A stretch of 64,000 bases of DNA, taken from contig NC_043014.1 in NCBI RefSeq assembly GCF_006345805.1, forward strand, positions 6,076,001 through 6,140,000, given 5' to 3'. The translations under genes were made by a program, and so were the position numbers. The notes beneath the pieces were generated by a model, which was given only the letters and a program-made list of their open reading frames with translations, searched no databases and was not told the DNA's origin. Position 1 is the first letter of the stretch. Each line of letters starts with the position of its first letter. Of this stretch, positions 39,668 to 52,191 are shown in pieces. This DNA is from Octopus sinensis. Lineage: Eukaryota.

Positions 39668-40062
39668 CTAGCAGTATCGCCCGGCGTTGCTCGGGTTTGT
39701 AAGGGAAATAACTATATAAGCATTTTTAGAGATGTAAAGTATAATAGCCATCTCAATATGGCTATCCACAAAGGGGGGGTGTTACTGTAGCTTTTTACGT
39801 TCTGAGATTTAATAATACATTTTTAGAGAGTTACTTCCCTTATATATGCCAAAAAGGCATTAAAAATGGGAAAAATGGATGGTAATTTTTTTTTAAATCG
39901 TAGACTCATCGTAGACGCGCGCTAAAACCCAGAAGGGCTCGATATGAATCGCGACTATAAGATACCAGGTTTTTGTTAAACTGCACCGCAAAATGTGGGA
40001 GTAGTTAGGAATCTAAATCGTAGGAGACAGACAGCACACAACCTCTCTTTTATATATAAAGA
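39668..40062 (-). mobile_element. Non-autonomous Helitron
   Basis: TC...CTAG termini, CCCG/CGGG hairpin; the paralogous empty site at about 39098-39112 shows A|T insertion without TSD. Confidence 0.92.
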
Positions 40063-40899
40063 TTACTCTTACAGCACTTGTGTTGGTTTTTCTTATTTCT
40101 GTTGTGATGCCAGTTGTTGTTGTTCCTTATTAATGCAGATGTTATAGTTGTGGATAGTTGTTCACTGCACAATGTAATACGATGTTGTAAAATGCTGTTT
40201 AGTAATAATTTCCTAGGTTACATGAACGAAATTTGTGAACGAAATTTGGTCAAATGGTTTAGACATTTGCCGGGCGATCATAAGATGCTCGGTTCAATCG
40301 CTGACGAATCTTGAGCAAGTGATTATTTACTTCTTTTACCATTCCTGCGAAACGAGACAGGAATTTGTCCAGCGGTAACTCTTTGGAAGACGGTCGTGTG
40401 AGTTGAACCTTTGGCGTGGCATTTGTTCTGCCAGAAGACACGCTTGCGTCGGAATACTCAATTTATTGAGTAGGCGGCACAGTACATCAAACTGAACTAA
40501 TCATCGTCGAAATCGGCGATGATCCTTCTGCTTCCTCCTCGTGTTCTCTAGTAACGACGTCACCTGGCCTCGAGGTCAAGGTGTCGCACTCACTACTGTT
40601 AAGTCGTAGGTTCGAATCCCAGGACGAGCAGCGGTTTGAGCTCACGTTGATCCCATCCACTCATCTGGCAAGAATGAGTAATTCTGCGACGGACAGGCGT
40701 TCCATCCAGATGGGAAATATGTACGCCATAGAAACCCGGAAACCGGCCTTATCATTCTATGTGACTCGGGAAGGAATTTTAAAACACTTCATTCTACACT
40801 GCCCCACTCCGCTCAGCTGCAAATGATTAAAGCAATACTTGGGAAGTTGTCTCTGTGATGGACTGGCGCCCTCTCCAAGGAGGTGTATAGTTTTACAAT

Positions 40900-41640
40900 C
40901 CCGCGAAACAAACTGAAACTGGCAAAACATAGTTTGAAAAAGATTGGTGTCACATAGATTTGAATGTACCCAATTCCATCCACTATGATACAAAATTGAA
41001 ATCTATCATATATAGAAAAGCAGGAATAAAAGCGAAGAAAAAACAGCAAGCGACGAGACAAGAAACGGAAAAATGCATCAGACCTTCCAGAGGGAAATGA
41101 TATGGAATGGTTTGGCAAGGTTTGAGATTTCCCGCCCAATATGAATCTGATTGCAAGAAGCACTTGATGAAAACAGTATGGAGTAAGGGACTTGTACTCA
41201 TACCAGTCTGCCTTGACCATCGAGGATTCAAAACAGTTGACGTCCTCCCAGAAATATAAATATCTGCTGGTCGGTGATATCGGTCCCTTCAACATAGACA
41301 TTCTGAAGATTCAGAGAGTGCAGAAGCAAGATTGGCCAGGTCCTAGTCCAAAGGGATAATCAATCTATGGAATCTTTCGCGGAGTTGATCAGTCTGTCAG
41401 ATGAGTCACATATGTTACGTTGCTCTAAGGGCAGAAAGTTGAGATATCACTTGTGTGGTGATCGAAAGCACCTGAAGGCTTCAACCCTTCCCAATACCAC
41501 TAACACAGCAGTAACGCGAAGGAAATTATTAGCAAACCCATCGGCTGCGTGCATCAACAATAACAGTAATTATAGAATCGAAATCAGTAACCACAGACGC
41601 AACAGCAACAAAATCAACAAAATAGACACTGCCCCCCAAT
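40900..41640 (+). mobile_element. Degenerate LINE ORF1 (gag-like, zinc knuckle), possibly L1/Tx1-like
   Basis: Frameshifted GLVLIPVCLDHR..TVDVLPEI / ILKIQRVQKQDW / GRKLRYHLCGDRKHLKAS (degenerate CX2CX4HX4C). Confidence 0.5.
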
Positions 41641-42486
41641 GAAACAAAAAAGGCAATGTCACTCTTCCCCGGGGTGCCGTTTAAACAATTGTTTGGCGTA
41701 TATATTAGTCCTTCTGTCTGTCCAGATGCCATAAACCTCAGTCAAGTACGGAGGTCAAAACAAACGAATATAGCTCTCCTATAAAATTAACACTTTGTAT
41801 CTATACAAGAACTGAAGACTTTTTTGTGTGAGTTCTGTATATCATAATGTAAGCAAAGTCATTTAGTCTACAGTAGAGTATTTTCCGAATGAATATGGCA
41901 GCATAATTTAGTTCAATATTGAAGAATAATTTAACAAAAACTGCAAATGTAGCAAAAATTTGGCAACATCTAGCTAATTTTATTTCAAATTTATTTGATA
42001 GAAATCTACGACAGCTGACAGCCCAGTGTTTAGCAATTTTCAAATATTAATTAATCGAATTTATTTTGATATTACATCACATTCAAAACCTGGTACTACA
42101 AATGTTATTCTACATTTTAATTTTTCTTTATTTTTTAAAAATTAAGTATTGCGCAAGCTGCGCAGTAACTCACGATTCACATTATTCCCCCAGACTTTCT
42201 TAGTCTTCTGATTGGTGAACGTGAGCGTTGCACAAAACTCTTAATCCGAATTTCTGTTTTTAATGTATTTTTGGAGCCAATATTTCTTAAAGGAAAAAAA
42301 AAAACGACTTCTATTTTAAATTCCTTTTGTTCCTGACAGAGGTATATAACTCTAATTATCACGAACTCAGTGACAACATAATCATCTACCTTTTCAGTAG
42401 TTTCAGGCATTGGGGTTTAATTAATCTGGGGCACTGTCTTCACGGGTTTACTCGACCGAACAGATTGCAGAATATATATATATTGA

Positions 42487-42718
42487 AGGCGGCGAGCTGG
42501 CAGAAACGGTAGCACGCCGGGCGAAATGCGTAGCCGTATTTCGTCTGCCGTTACGTTCTGAGTTCAAATTCCGCCGAGTTTGACTTTGCCTTTCATCCTT
42601 TCGGGGTCGATAAATTAAGTACCAGTTACGCACTGGGGTCAATGGAATCGACTTAATCCCTTTGTCTGTCCTTGTTTGTCCCATCTGTGTTTAGCCCCTT
42701 GTGGGTAGTAAAGAAATA
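42487..42718 (+). mobile_element. SINE family A, full length monomer
   Basis: GGCGGCGAGCTGGCAGAA head, GAGTTCAAATTCC B box, A-rich tail. Confidence 0.93.
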
Positions 42719-42732
42719 TATAATTATATATT

Positions 42733-42916
42733 GGCGCAGAAGTGGCTGTGTGGTAAGTAGCTTGTTCACCAGCTACAGAGTTCCGTGATCAGTCCCACTG
42801 CATGGCACCTTGGGAAAGTATCTTCTACTATAGCCTCGGGCCGACCAAAACTTGTGAGTGGATTTGGTAGACGGAATATATATATATTAATATATATATA
42901 TATATAGATATATATA

Positions 42917-42964
<48 letters not shown>

Positions 42965-43145
42965 GTATATATGTATATATATGTGTATGTCTGTGTTTCT
43001 TCTCAAACCATCGACTGACATCCGATGGTGGCGTATACTTATCGATTCGGCAATATGATCGATAGAATAAGTATTAGGCTTACAAAGAATAAGTTCTGGG
43101 GTCGATTTGTTCGACTAAAGATGGTACTCCAGCATGACTGGAACA
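42733..43145 (+). mobile_element. SINE family B, degenerate
   Basis: GGCGCAGAAGTGGCTGTGTGGTAAG head. Confidence 0.85.
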
Positions 43146-43197
43146 AATATAAAATGGAAAAAAAGAATATACACATATGCACACACATGCAAACACA

Positions 43198-43242
<45 letters not shown>

Positions 43243-43494
43243 ACATAATATATATGATGGGTGCTGCAAAGTTCCTGGCTTTGTGTAAAAGAAAACACAA
43301 GAGGATAAGTTCAGCTCGAATTAGAACAAGGATAACGTTATCTGAAGGAGTGAAAAGTAATGAAGAACGTGGTGGCAATGAATTTAATTCTGCAATGAAC
43401 GATCAAATTGAAACTAAATCTGAGAGAAAAGTAAAAGATTATCTTTGATAATTGTTCAGAACGGGAATCTTGTTATGTGGGAAATACGTGTAAG

Positions 43495-44070
43495 AGTGGT
43501 TTCTGATTATAAATATCTTGGGTCATACATATCATCATCTGGAAAAGACTTTCTAACTAGAAAGGGTATGGCCTGGTCAGCCTGAAATGACATGCATAAG
43601 ATCTGGTCATCAAATCTAAGTAGAGACTTCAAACTTGAAATCTTCAAAGCCACAGTCGAACCAATTCTACTATATGGCTCAGAAACCTGGACATTATCAA
43701 AGAAGCTTGAGAGGCGGTTGGATGGAACCTACACTCGCCTCCTTATGAGAGCTCAAAATCTCTCGTGGAAGCGCCATCCTACAAAATGCAAATATATGGG
43801 AAACTACCACCTGTGTCATCTCTTGTGAAAGGTAGGAGAGTCCAGTTTGCTGGACATTGTTGTAGAGCTGAAAAAGAAGTAATTTCTACTCTTCTCCTCT
43901 GGAAGCCATCTACTCGCAATACCAGAGGGTGCACACTCTCCTACCCTGATGTAATCTCCTGCGATACAGGCATCCAGCAACAGGACCTCCGTAATGCCAT
44001 GATGGACCGTGAAGTCTGGCGTAGCATGGTAAATTCCATTGTCTCGACCATGGTCGAACAATAATGATGA
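43495..44070 (+). mobile_element. RTE LINE ORF2 3' fragment (pseudogenised)
   Basis: DYKYLGSYI...FKATVEPILLYGSETWTL...RRVQFAGHC...DREVWRSMV; one stop and one frameshift; TAATGATGA tail. Confidence 0.95.
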
Positions 44071-44231
44071 CGTAAGAGTAAAAATTGTAATATATAGATG
44101 TAAAGTTACATGTGAGAGTAAGGTGGGACATCATTCATTTTGAAGAGGCAACAGGCAAATCATAGGAATTCATTTAAAGACAAAAATAAAAGTTTCTAAA
44201 CTAGTCTTAGCAAATTAATCTGTTTTTTAAG

Positions 44232-44640
44232 GTGCAGGAGTGGCTGTGTAGTAAGTAGCTTGCTAACTAACCACATGGTTCCGGGTTCAGTCCCACTGTG
44301 TGGCATCTTGGGCAAGTGTCTTCTGCTATAGCCCCGGGCCGACCAATGCCTTGTGAGTGGATTTGGTAGACGGAAACTGAAAGAAGCCTGTCGTATATAT
44401 GTATATATATATGTATGTGTGCGTATGTTTGTGTGTCTGTGTTTGTCCCCCTAGAATTGCTTGACAACCGATACTGGTGTGTTCACGGCCCCGTCACTTA
44501 GCGGTTCGGCAAAAAAGAGACCGATAGAATAAGTACTGGGCTTACAAAGAATAAAGTCCTGGGTGTCGATTTGCTCGACTAAAGGCGGTGCTCCAGCATG
44601 GCCGCAGTCAAATGACTAAAACAAGTAAAAAGAGAGTAAA
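44232..44640 (+). mobile_element. SINE family B, full length
   Basis: Near-identical to 47229-47690. Confidence 0.93.
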
Positions 44641-44659
44641 AAAAAAGAAAAAGAGAGTA

Positions 44660-44830
44660 TCAAAGGCTATACTATTAAATGGGAATTTATTTGTACTGCA
44701 AAACCTGGAACCACTAGATATGACCTATGTTTAGAAGGATTTCACCGGATTTTCACATCCAAGGATAAATTAGTAGATTCTAGACAGGAACAAGCTTGCA
44801 TATGAGGAAATTCGCCTTTGCTAAGTATAA
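44660..44830 (+). mobile_element. Penelope-like GIY-YIG C-terminal remnant
   Basis: GYTIKWEFICTAKPGTTRYDLCLE...LVDSRQE parallels PYTIKWEIVDKFKP...CNLCVAEE...LLNSRTE at 57701-57907. Confidence 0.65.
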
Positions 44831-44865
44831 ATGAATAATAACAATTTAAACAATAGGTTTTGAAA

Positions 44866-45262
44866 TCTTTATATATAAAAGTGAGGTTGTGTGTCTGTCT
44901 CCTACGATTTAGATTCCTAACTACTCCCACATTTTGCGGTGCAGTGTAACCAAAAGCGGGTATCTTATAGTCGTGATTCATATCGAGCCCTTCTGGGTAT
45001 TAGCGCGTGTCTACGATGAGTCTATGAATTAAAAAAAAATTTACCATCATTTTTTTCCATTTTAATGCATTTTTTTCGATATTATATAAGGGAAGTAACT
45101 CTCTAAAAATGTCTACGATGAGTCAACGATTTCAAAAAAATTTACCATCATTTTTTTTTCATTTTTAATGCATTTTTTGCTATTTTTTGGCTATAACTCT
45201 CTAAAAATGCTTATATAGTTATTTCCCTTACAAACCCGAGCAACGCCGGGCGATACTGCTAG
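44866..45262 (+). mobile_element. Non-autonomous Helitron
   Basis: A|TC...CCCGAGCAACGCCGGGCGATACTGCTAG|T. Confidence 0.92.
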
Positions 45263-45395
45263 TTTAATATAAACTAGAAATGGAGATTTTCTGAGTTTGA
45301 CTTAACGGGCAGCTCTACATTATACAAAAGTAGATGAAAGAAAATCAACTGAATCGAAGGATATCAGGTAAAGACCCAGAAGAAACTGCACCATT

Positions 45396-45504
45396 ATTTG
45401 ACGGATATTTGGCGTAAGCACTATTTCCGTGGGCATATGACGTAGTTGTTAAGAGCATGGGTTACTAAACATAAGATTTCGAGTTCAATTCCAGGCAGTT
45501 ACCC

Positions 45505-45559
<55 letters not shown>

Positions 45560-45613
45560 AATGATAATAATAATAATGATAATAATAATAATGATAATAA
45601 TGATAATAATAAC

Positions 45614-45659
<46 letters not shown>

Positions 45660-45681
45660 TAATGATAATAATAATAATAAC

Positions 45682-45713
<32 letters not shown>

Positions 45714-45757
45714 TAATAATAATATTAACAATAATAATGATAATAATAATAACAATG

Positions 45758-45818
<61 letters not shown>

Positions 45819-45850
45819 TAATAATAACAATAATAATAATAATAATAACA

Positions 45851-45886
<36 letters not shown>

Positions 45887-45910
45887 TAATGATAATAATA
45901 ATAATAATAA

Positions 45911-45941
<31 letters not shown>

Positions 45942-46130
45942 AACAAGAACAAGAAGAACATCGAAAAATACCTTAGGAATGAGAACCCAGGTTAGAAATT
46001 TCTCCAAGACACCTGATGAAGGCTGGAGGGTATACCAGCCAAAACGTTGTGTTAACGATAAACAAGATAAGGACAAATACCCGTCCAATGTAAATAATGT
46101 AAATATTGTAAATAATCTACATAATTCTCA
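45396..46130 (+). mobile_element. Composite element G: TIR - tRNA-like Pol III head - (AAT)n - minimal hammerhead - TIR
   Basis: Head 45431-45505; hammerhead fold 46008-46053; short inverted ends ATTTGACGGATATTTG / CAAATACCCGTCCAAT; second copy at 51090-51400. Confidence 0.75.
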
Positions 46131-46734
46131 TTGAAATGAACATCAAAAATTTAGAAAAGATGTATTTATTGAATAAATATATATCCGCTGATCTTATCGA
46201 TTCTAACACTGGAGAGTAAATTTTGAAGATGTGGCGTAGATGCAAAATTTTACGACAAAGATTTTACTACCAACGCAAAATGAAAGAAGCATGTGAATGG
46301 TATGGTTTATAAAAGTCTATGAAACGCAAAATGTGTTGTAAAACCACGAAGTTTTTATACTGTCAAGTTAGAAGGAAAAGTTGCGTTCTTTGTGGCATAA
46401 AATTCTGCTGTTACGAATACTAGGCGTTTTGGGAGAAACATGGAATAACTCCATTAAAGCTAGTAAAAATGTATTATATTTTCAAAATGTTTAAAACAAA
46501 CTATTAGAATTCTTCGTTTTGAAGGTTTAATTCAAGACATAATGAAACGGTGATTTTAGTTTATTTTTTAGATGAATTCAATAGAGTTGTATGCGCGAAA
46601 TTTTCTTGGAAATGCTAAAACCAGAGAAGTCACTTGATTGTTTTGTGGTCCCAATAGGAGATGTTTCTGTGGTTAAGACATACAAAATTCAGCGCAAGAA
46701 TGGGTCCTAGATATATTTAAGATATGCTGTAAAG

Positions 46735-47030
46735 ACGCGTGGCTTGGTGGTTACGGTATTCGGCTCATAATCGTAACGTCATAAGTTCAATACCCGATGA
46801 TGCAAGACATTTTATTTCACTTATTTGCCAGTCCACTCAGCTGGCAAAAATGAGAAGTACCTGAATTTCGAAAGGGCCAGCCTTGTCACAAACTGTGTCA
46901 CACTGAATTTCCCTGAGAACTATGTTAAGGATACGCGTGTCTGTGGAGTGCTCAGCCACTTGCACATTAATTTCACGAGCAGGCTGTTCCGTTGATCGGA
47001 TCAACTGTTACACTCGCCGTCATAACCGGA
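46735..47030 (+). mobile_element. Degenerate SINE with family C 3' body
   Basis: AAAGGGCCAGCCTTGTCAC...TTTCACGAGCAGGCTGTTCCGTTGATCGG. Confidence 0.8.
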
Positions 47031-47228
47031 AGAATACTACTTATGCCCTGATATCACGTAAACCACATTTGTCTGAGGTTTAAAGGTTTTAATCTTATGA
47101 AATTTAAAAGATGGGAGTGGCTGTAGAATAAGAACAAATAAGATAAATACCTGAGACGTGTTGGCACTTGAACTGACAAAGCACGAATCAAAGAAGATTT
47201 TAAGAGAGGGTGTATTAAATATTTCAAT

Positions 47229-47690
47229 CTGGAACCCCTGTCTTTCAGTAAAAATAAAATAGTATATAGGCGCAGGAGTGACTGTGTGGTAAGTAGCTTG
47301 CTAACCAACCACATGGTTCCGGGTTCAGTCCCACTGCGTGGCATCTTGGACAAGTATCTTCTTCTATAGCCCCGGGCCGACCAATGCCTTGTGAGTGGAT
47401 TTGGTAGACGGAAACTGAAAGAAGCCTGTCGTATATATGTATATATATATATCTATATATGTATGTGTGTGTTTGTGTGTCTGTGTTTGTCCCCCTAGCA
47501 TTGCTTGACAACCGATGCTGGTGTGTTTACGTCCCCGTCACTTAGCGGTTCGGCAAAAAGAGACCGATAGAATAAGTACTGGGCTTACAAAAAGAATAAG
47601 TGCCGGGGTCGAGTTGCTCGACTAAAAGGCGGTGCTCCAGCATGGCCGCAGTCAAATGACTGAAACAAGTAAAAGAGTAAAAGAGAGATA
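47229..47690 (+). mobile_element. SINE family B, full length
   Basis: GGCGCAGGAGTG head; (GTAAAAGA)n tail. Confidence 0.93.
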
Positions 47691-47822
47691 TAAGATTATT
47701 AATGAGGTAAACACTTCTTAATTCTGTGTAGATGTGTTTACCATTCGATACAATTTACTGTTGGCTGTTTTATAAACGTCTGCAGATTACCTCTCAGTAT
47801 GGATGGCAATTTTTATTAGCAA

Positions 47823-48218
47823 CTAGCAGTATCGCCCGGCGTTGCTCGAGTTTGTAAGGGAAATAACTATATAAGCATTTTTAGAGATGTAAAGTATAAT
47901 AGCCATCTCAATATTGCTAACCACAAAGGGGGGTGTTACTGTAGCTTTTTACGTTCTGAGATTTAATAATACATTTTTAGAGAGTTACTTTCCTTATATA
48001 TTAGCGAAAAAATGCATTAAAAAATGGGAACAAATCGATGGTAAATTTTTTTTTAAATCGTAGACTCATGGTAGACGCGCGCTAATACCCAGAAGGGCTC
48101 GATATGAATCACGACTATAAGATACCCGCTTTTGGTTACACTGCACCGCAAAATGTGAGAGTAGTTAGGAATCTAAATCGTAGGAGACAGACACACAACT
48201 TCACTTTTATATATAAGA
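47823..48218 (-). mobile_element. Non-autonomous Helitron
   Basis: Near-identical to 39668-40062. Confidence 0.92.
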
Positions 48219-48652
48219 TAGCTCATATTTCTCTTTTATCACATCATGCTAAATAACTCGCTATAATTCATATACAAGTGTATATTACATGATGAATATA
48301 CAGCGTTCAAAGCTCCCTTGACGATCTGAACATTAGTGTCTTATACACCGAACCTACAAAGACAGGAATTATGGTGCAATATGTCGAATTAAACGTCGTT
48401 TTGAAATTACATGCAACTCAGAGAAGCGTTCCAGTTCGGAGCTTCATGAAATGTACGAAGCTGATATGGAAACATCAAACGTTCAAGCGATTCAATTCCC
48501 GTACAAAAGATCAATAAACCATTTTAGCTCGCTACATTTGTATACAATATGAAATCAAATTCCATTGAAGTAACTGTTGTCTTTCATCCCTAAGGGGTTG
48601 ACAAAACATAACCGGGGGAAAATTACTTGCTTTGCGCCTAAATTAGAAACTG

Positions 48653-48693
<41 letters not shown>

Positions 48694-48711
48694 GCTGTTG
48701 TTGTTGTTGTT

Positions 48712-48743
<32 letters not shown>

Positions 48744-48931
48744 CATTAAGGTGCTCGACAAGCAGACTCTACTTGTTAGCGTGTTGAGCAAAATACCCAT
48801 CAATATAAACTCCGGTTCTGAGTGAAAATCCCTCTGTGGCCGGTTCAAAAAAAGTAATCGGTCAAGTGATCGGATCCATGTAACCAGCTAACCCTCTCCC
48901 ACCAAATGGCTGACCTTGAACCAAAGTTTGA

Positions 48932-48970
<39 letters not shown>

Positions 48971-48984
48971 AATGGTCCTTTTTA

Positions 48985-49187
48985 CTAAAGGCACAAGGCC
49001 TGAAATTTTGAGGGAAGGGATTGCCAATTTCACTGACCCTTGTGCGTAAGCGGTACTTATTCTATCGACTCCGATAGGGTGGAAGGCGAGGTCGACCTCG
49101 GCTGAATTTGAACTCATAACGCAGTGAGGGTGAAATACTATTAAGCATTTCGTGCGGTGTGCTAACGACTCTGCCAGCCCGCCGCTT
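48985..49187 (-). mobile_element. SINE family A (ATT-tail variant)
   Basis: AAGGCACAAGGCCTGAAATTTTG tail and GTCGACCTCGG..GAATTTGAACTC. Confidence 0.75.
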
Positions 49188-49243
49188 AATAATAATAATG
49201 ATAATAATTATTGTTGATGATATTGTTGTTGTGATTGTCAACA

Positions 49244-49516
49244 CAGTGAAGTGGCAGCAGAATGCTAGAGGTGTATACAAGCAACAGTACCCCTCCTTTA
49301 ATGCTGAAAGGATTTCAAAGAAAATATTGGAAGAATTGTGAAAAATACGCTACAAGAGAAGACCGAGAAATATTTCTGAGAAAACGGTTTGAAAGATTAT
49401 GTGATCCACTAAAACAAAGAATACAAGAGAATTTAGACGTTATCGAGAATATCCCCCAATATATGGCAGCAAAGTACAACGACTTAAAGACTTTGCTGTC
49501 AATTTGCTGGAAATAA
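49244..49516 (+). pseudogene. Possible decayed coding fragment of unknown family
   Basis: Non-repetitive, protein-like ~90 aa if one frameshift at about 49335 is repaired; no confident family match. Confidence 0.3.
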
Positions 49517-49527
49517 TGTAACCATCT

Positions 49528-49726
49528 TACTCTTTTATATGTTTCAGTCATTTGACTGCGGCTATGCTGGAGCACCGCCTTTTAGTCGAGCAACTCGACC
49601 CCGGGACTTATTCTTTGTAAGCCCAGTACTTATTCTATCGGTCTCTTTTGCCGAACCGCTAAGTGACGGGGACGTAAACACACCAGCATCGGTTGTCAAC
49701 ACAGACACACAAACATATACACACAC

Positions 49727-49783
<57 letters not shown>

Positions 49784-49958
49784 TACATACATAAATATGA
49801 CGGGCTTCTTTCAGTTTCCGTCTACCAAATCCACTCAAAAGGCATTGGTCGGCCCGAGACTATAGCAGAAGACACTTGCCCAAGATGCCACGCAGTGGGA
49901 CTGAACCCGGAACCATGTGGTTAGAAAGCAAGCTACTTAGCACACAGCCACTCCTGCG
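49528..49958 (-). mobile_element. SINE family B, full length
   Basis: Inverted relative to 44232 and 47229. Confidence 0.93.
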
Positions 49959-50499
49959 TCTGAAGATATTTCTGTCACTGAAATTCAGTGATCGTGATTT
50001 CATTTAATCCATCGCGATAATACGAATTGATACAGAGGTTTTCTGAGTTGAAGTATTACCAAATAAGGATATATCACGAGGTAATCTATTTAAGGAGGGG
50101 GTGCATCCGAATTCGTAAAGTCAATGCGTAATATTGCTTTAGTGAAACGCTGAAGGAAAATTAATGGTCAGCGGCAGAAATAAAATTAAATCAAACGTGG
50201 AAAGTAGGATGCAATAAAATACCTCAAATGCCCTATTGTTGGGTAAATGGGGATTGAGAGGACTTGATAAATATTGCAACCCTAATAGTTACAGAGGACA
50301 ATCAAAATGGCTCCATATTTGATTTTGAAATAATCACGCAGAGCAACATTGACAGCTAAAGGTGACCTCGTTCACTCTTCAGATGATGAAATTTGGTGAG
50401 CTGAATAAAAACAAATGTAAAAGCTTTATTGATAATTTGTGTTAGCACGAAGGCAGTCAGCATACAGAATACTTACTGCACCGGACAAAATATTTTGCG

Positions 50500-50697
50500 G
50501 TATTTCGTCTGCCGCTACGTTCTGAGTTCAAATTCTGCTGAGGTCGACTTTGACTTTCATCCTTTCGGGGTCGATTAAATAAGTACCAGTTACGCACTGT
50601 GGTCGATATAATCGACTTAATCCGTTTGTCTGTCCTTGTTTGTTCCCTTTGCGTTTAGCCCCTTGTGGGCAGTAAAGAAATAGGTATTTCGTCTGTC
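50500..50697 (+). mobile_element. SINE family A with aborted second unit
   Basis: Ends AAAGAAATAG|GTATTTCGTCTGTC. Confidence 0.88.
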
Positions 50698-51089
50698 TTC
50701 TGATTCTGTATTTAATTCATTCGCGTTCGAAAAAGTAGGTACCAGTTGAGCATTGGGTTCCACGTAATTGACTTAACCGAAAAAACTGACCTTCTACCAA
50801 AATTTGAACGCAATAACTTGCGCTGGAGTTTTAAGATCTGGTTCTTTAGCGAACGTTATACAGAAGCACACATAATGTTTCTACAGATCTATATTCAAGA
50901 TATGAGGAATTATGTACATTATTTACTTTATTTACATTATTTACATTTGACAGTTATTTGTCCTTATCTTTGGACGAGCTAGTTTTTGGCGGAGTTTCTC
51001 TACATGTCTCCATTGATGTCTAATGTCGGCTCCGTACCGATTAGATAACACAGTTCTATATTTAAGAGATGAAGAATTATGTAGATTAT

Positions 51090-51400
51090 TTACATTATTT
51101 ACGTTATTTACGTTTCACGGATATTTGTCCTCATCTTGTTTGTTGTTAACACAACGTTTTGGCTGATATACCCTTCAGCTTCTTCAGATGTCTTGGGGGA
51201 ACTTCGAACCTGGGTTCTCATTCCTAAGGTATTTTTCGATGTTATTATTATTATATTATTATTATTATTATTATTCCGATCACTGCTTGGAATCGAACTC
51301 GGAATCTTGAGGTTAATAGTCCGCGCTGTTAACCACTACTTAAGATGACGACAAATATCCGTCAAATGTAAATAAACTAAATAATGTAAATAATAGTGTT
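51090..51400 (-). mobile_element. Composite element G, second copy
   Basis: Same module order; hammerhead fold 51148-51192 (minus); B box GAGTTCGATTCC; inverted end GACAAATATCCGTCAAAT at 51350-51367. Confidence 0.8.
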
Positions 51401-52023
51401 TCTCCTTATTCATATTGGTCAGTCAATTTGCAAATATTAATTGAGTACTTCTTTTTCTTTGAGACGTTCTGGATATGGCATTCCTGTTGGTGTTATAATG
51501 ATTCTTGTTGTTGTTGCCATTCTTGATGTTCTTTTTTAAAGATTTTTTTTTATTATTATCACGTTATGATTATTTTAGTTGTCGTATTTATTAAAATTCT
51601 TGTTTTCAGCGTTGTCGTTTTTCTCATTCTAATTATTGTGGTTGGTCCGCGTCGTTGTAGTCATTTTGACGATTCTTTTTGTCAATGTTGTGGTTGTTGT
51701 CGTTGTAATTGTTCTAGTTGCTGAATATGCTGACGTTGCCATTTCAGAGTTCACATTTTTTTCCTATTACAGTTTTAATCATTTATTTTTCCGACACTTC
51801 ATTAAAAAAAAAAAATATGGCTATAGTTCTAAGTTACAGATCAATGTAAAAGCACCTGTTTTCCTCCTCGTATATCAATTAATTTCATATTTGTATTTAA
51901 TTTTTGATAATTAATTACCAACCATAATTAGAGTTCAATTTAGTCGGTAATGACCACAAGGTTCGAAGTTATAGTTTGACATATATACGGAATCACAAGA
52001 CAATGAGATTTAAGTATATATTC

Positions 52024-52088
<65 letters not shown>

Positions 52089-52100
52089 GCATATGTATGT

Positions 52101-52143
<43 letters not shown>

Positions 52144-52158
52144 GTATACATATGTATG

Positions 52159-52191
<33 letters not shown>

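Noticed and set aside
41800-42480. Short protein-like ORFs on both strands
   Set aside because: No recognisable domain or consistent splice structure.
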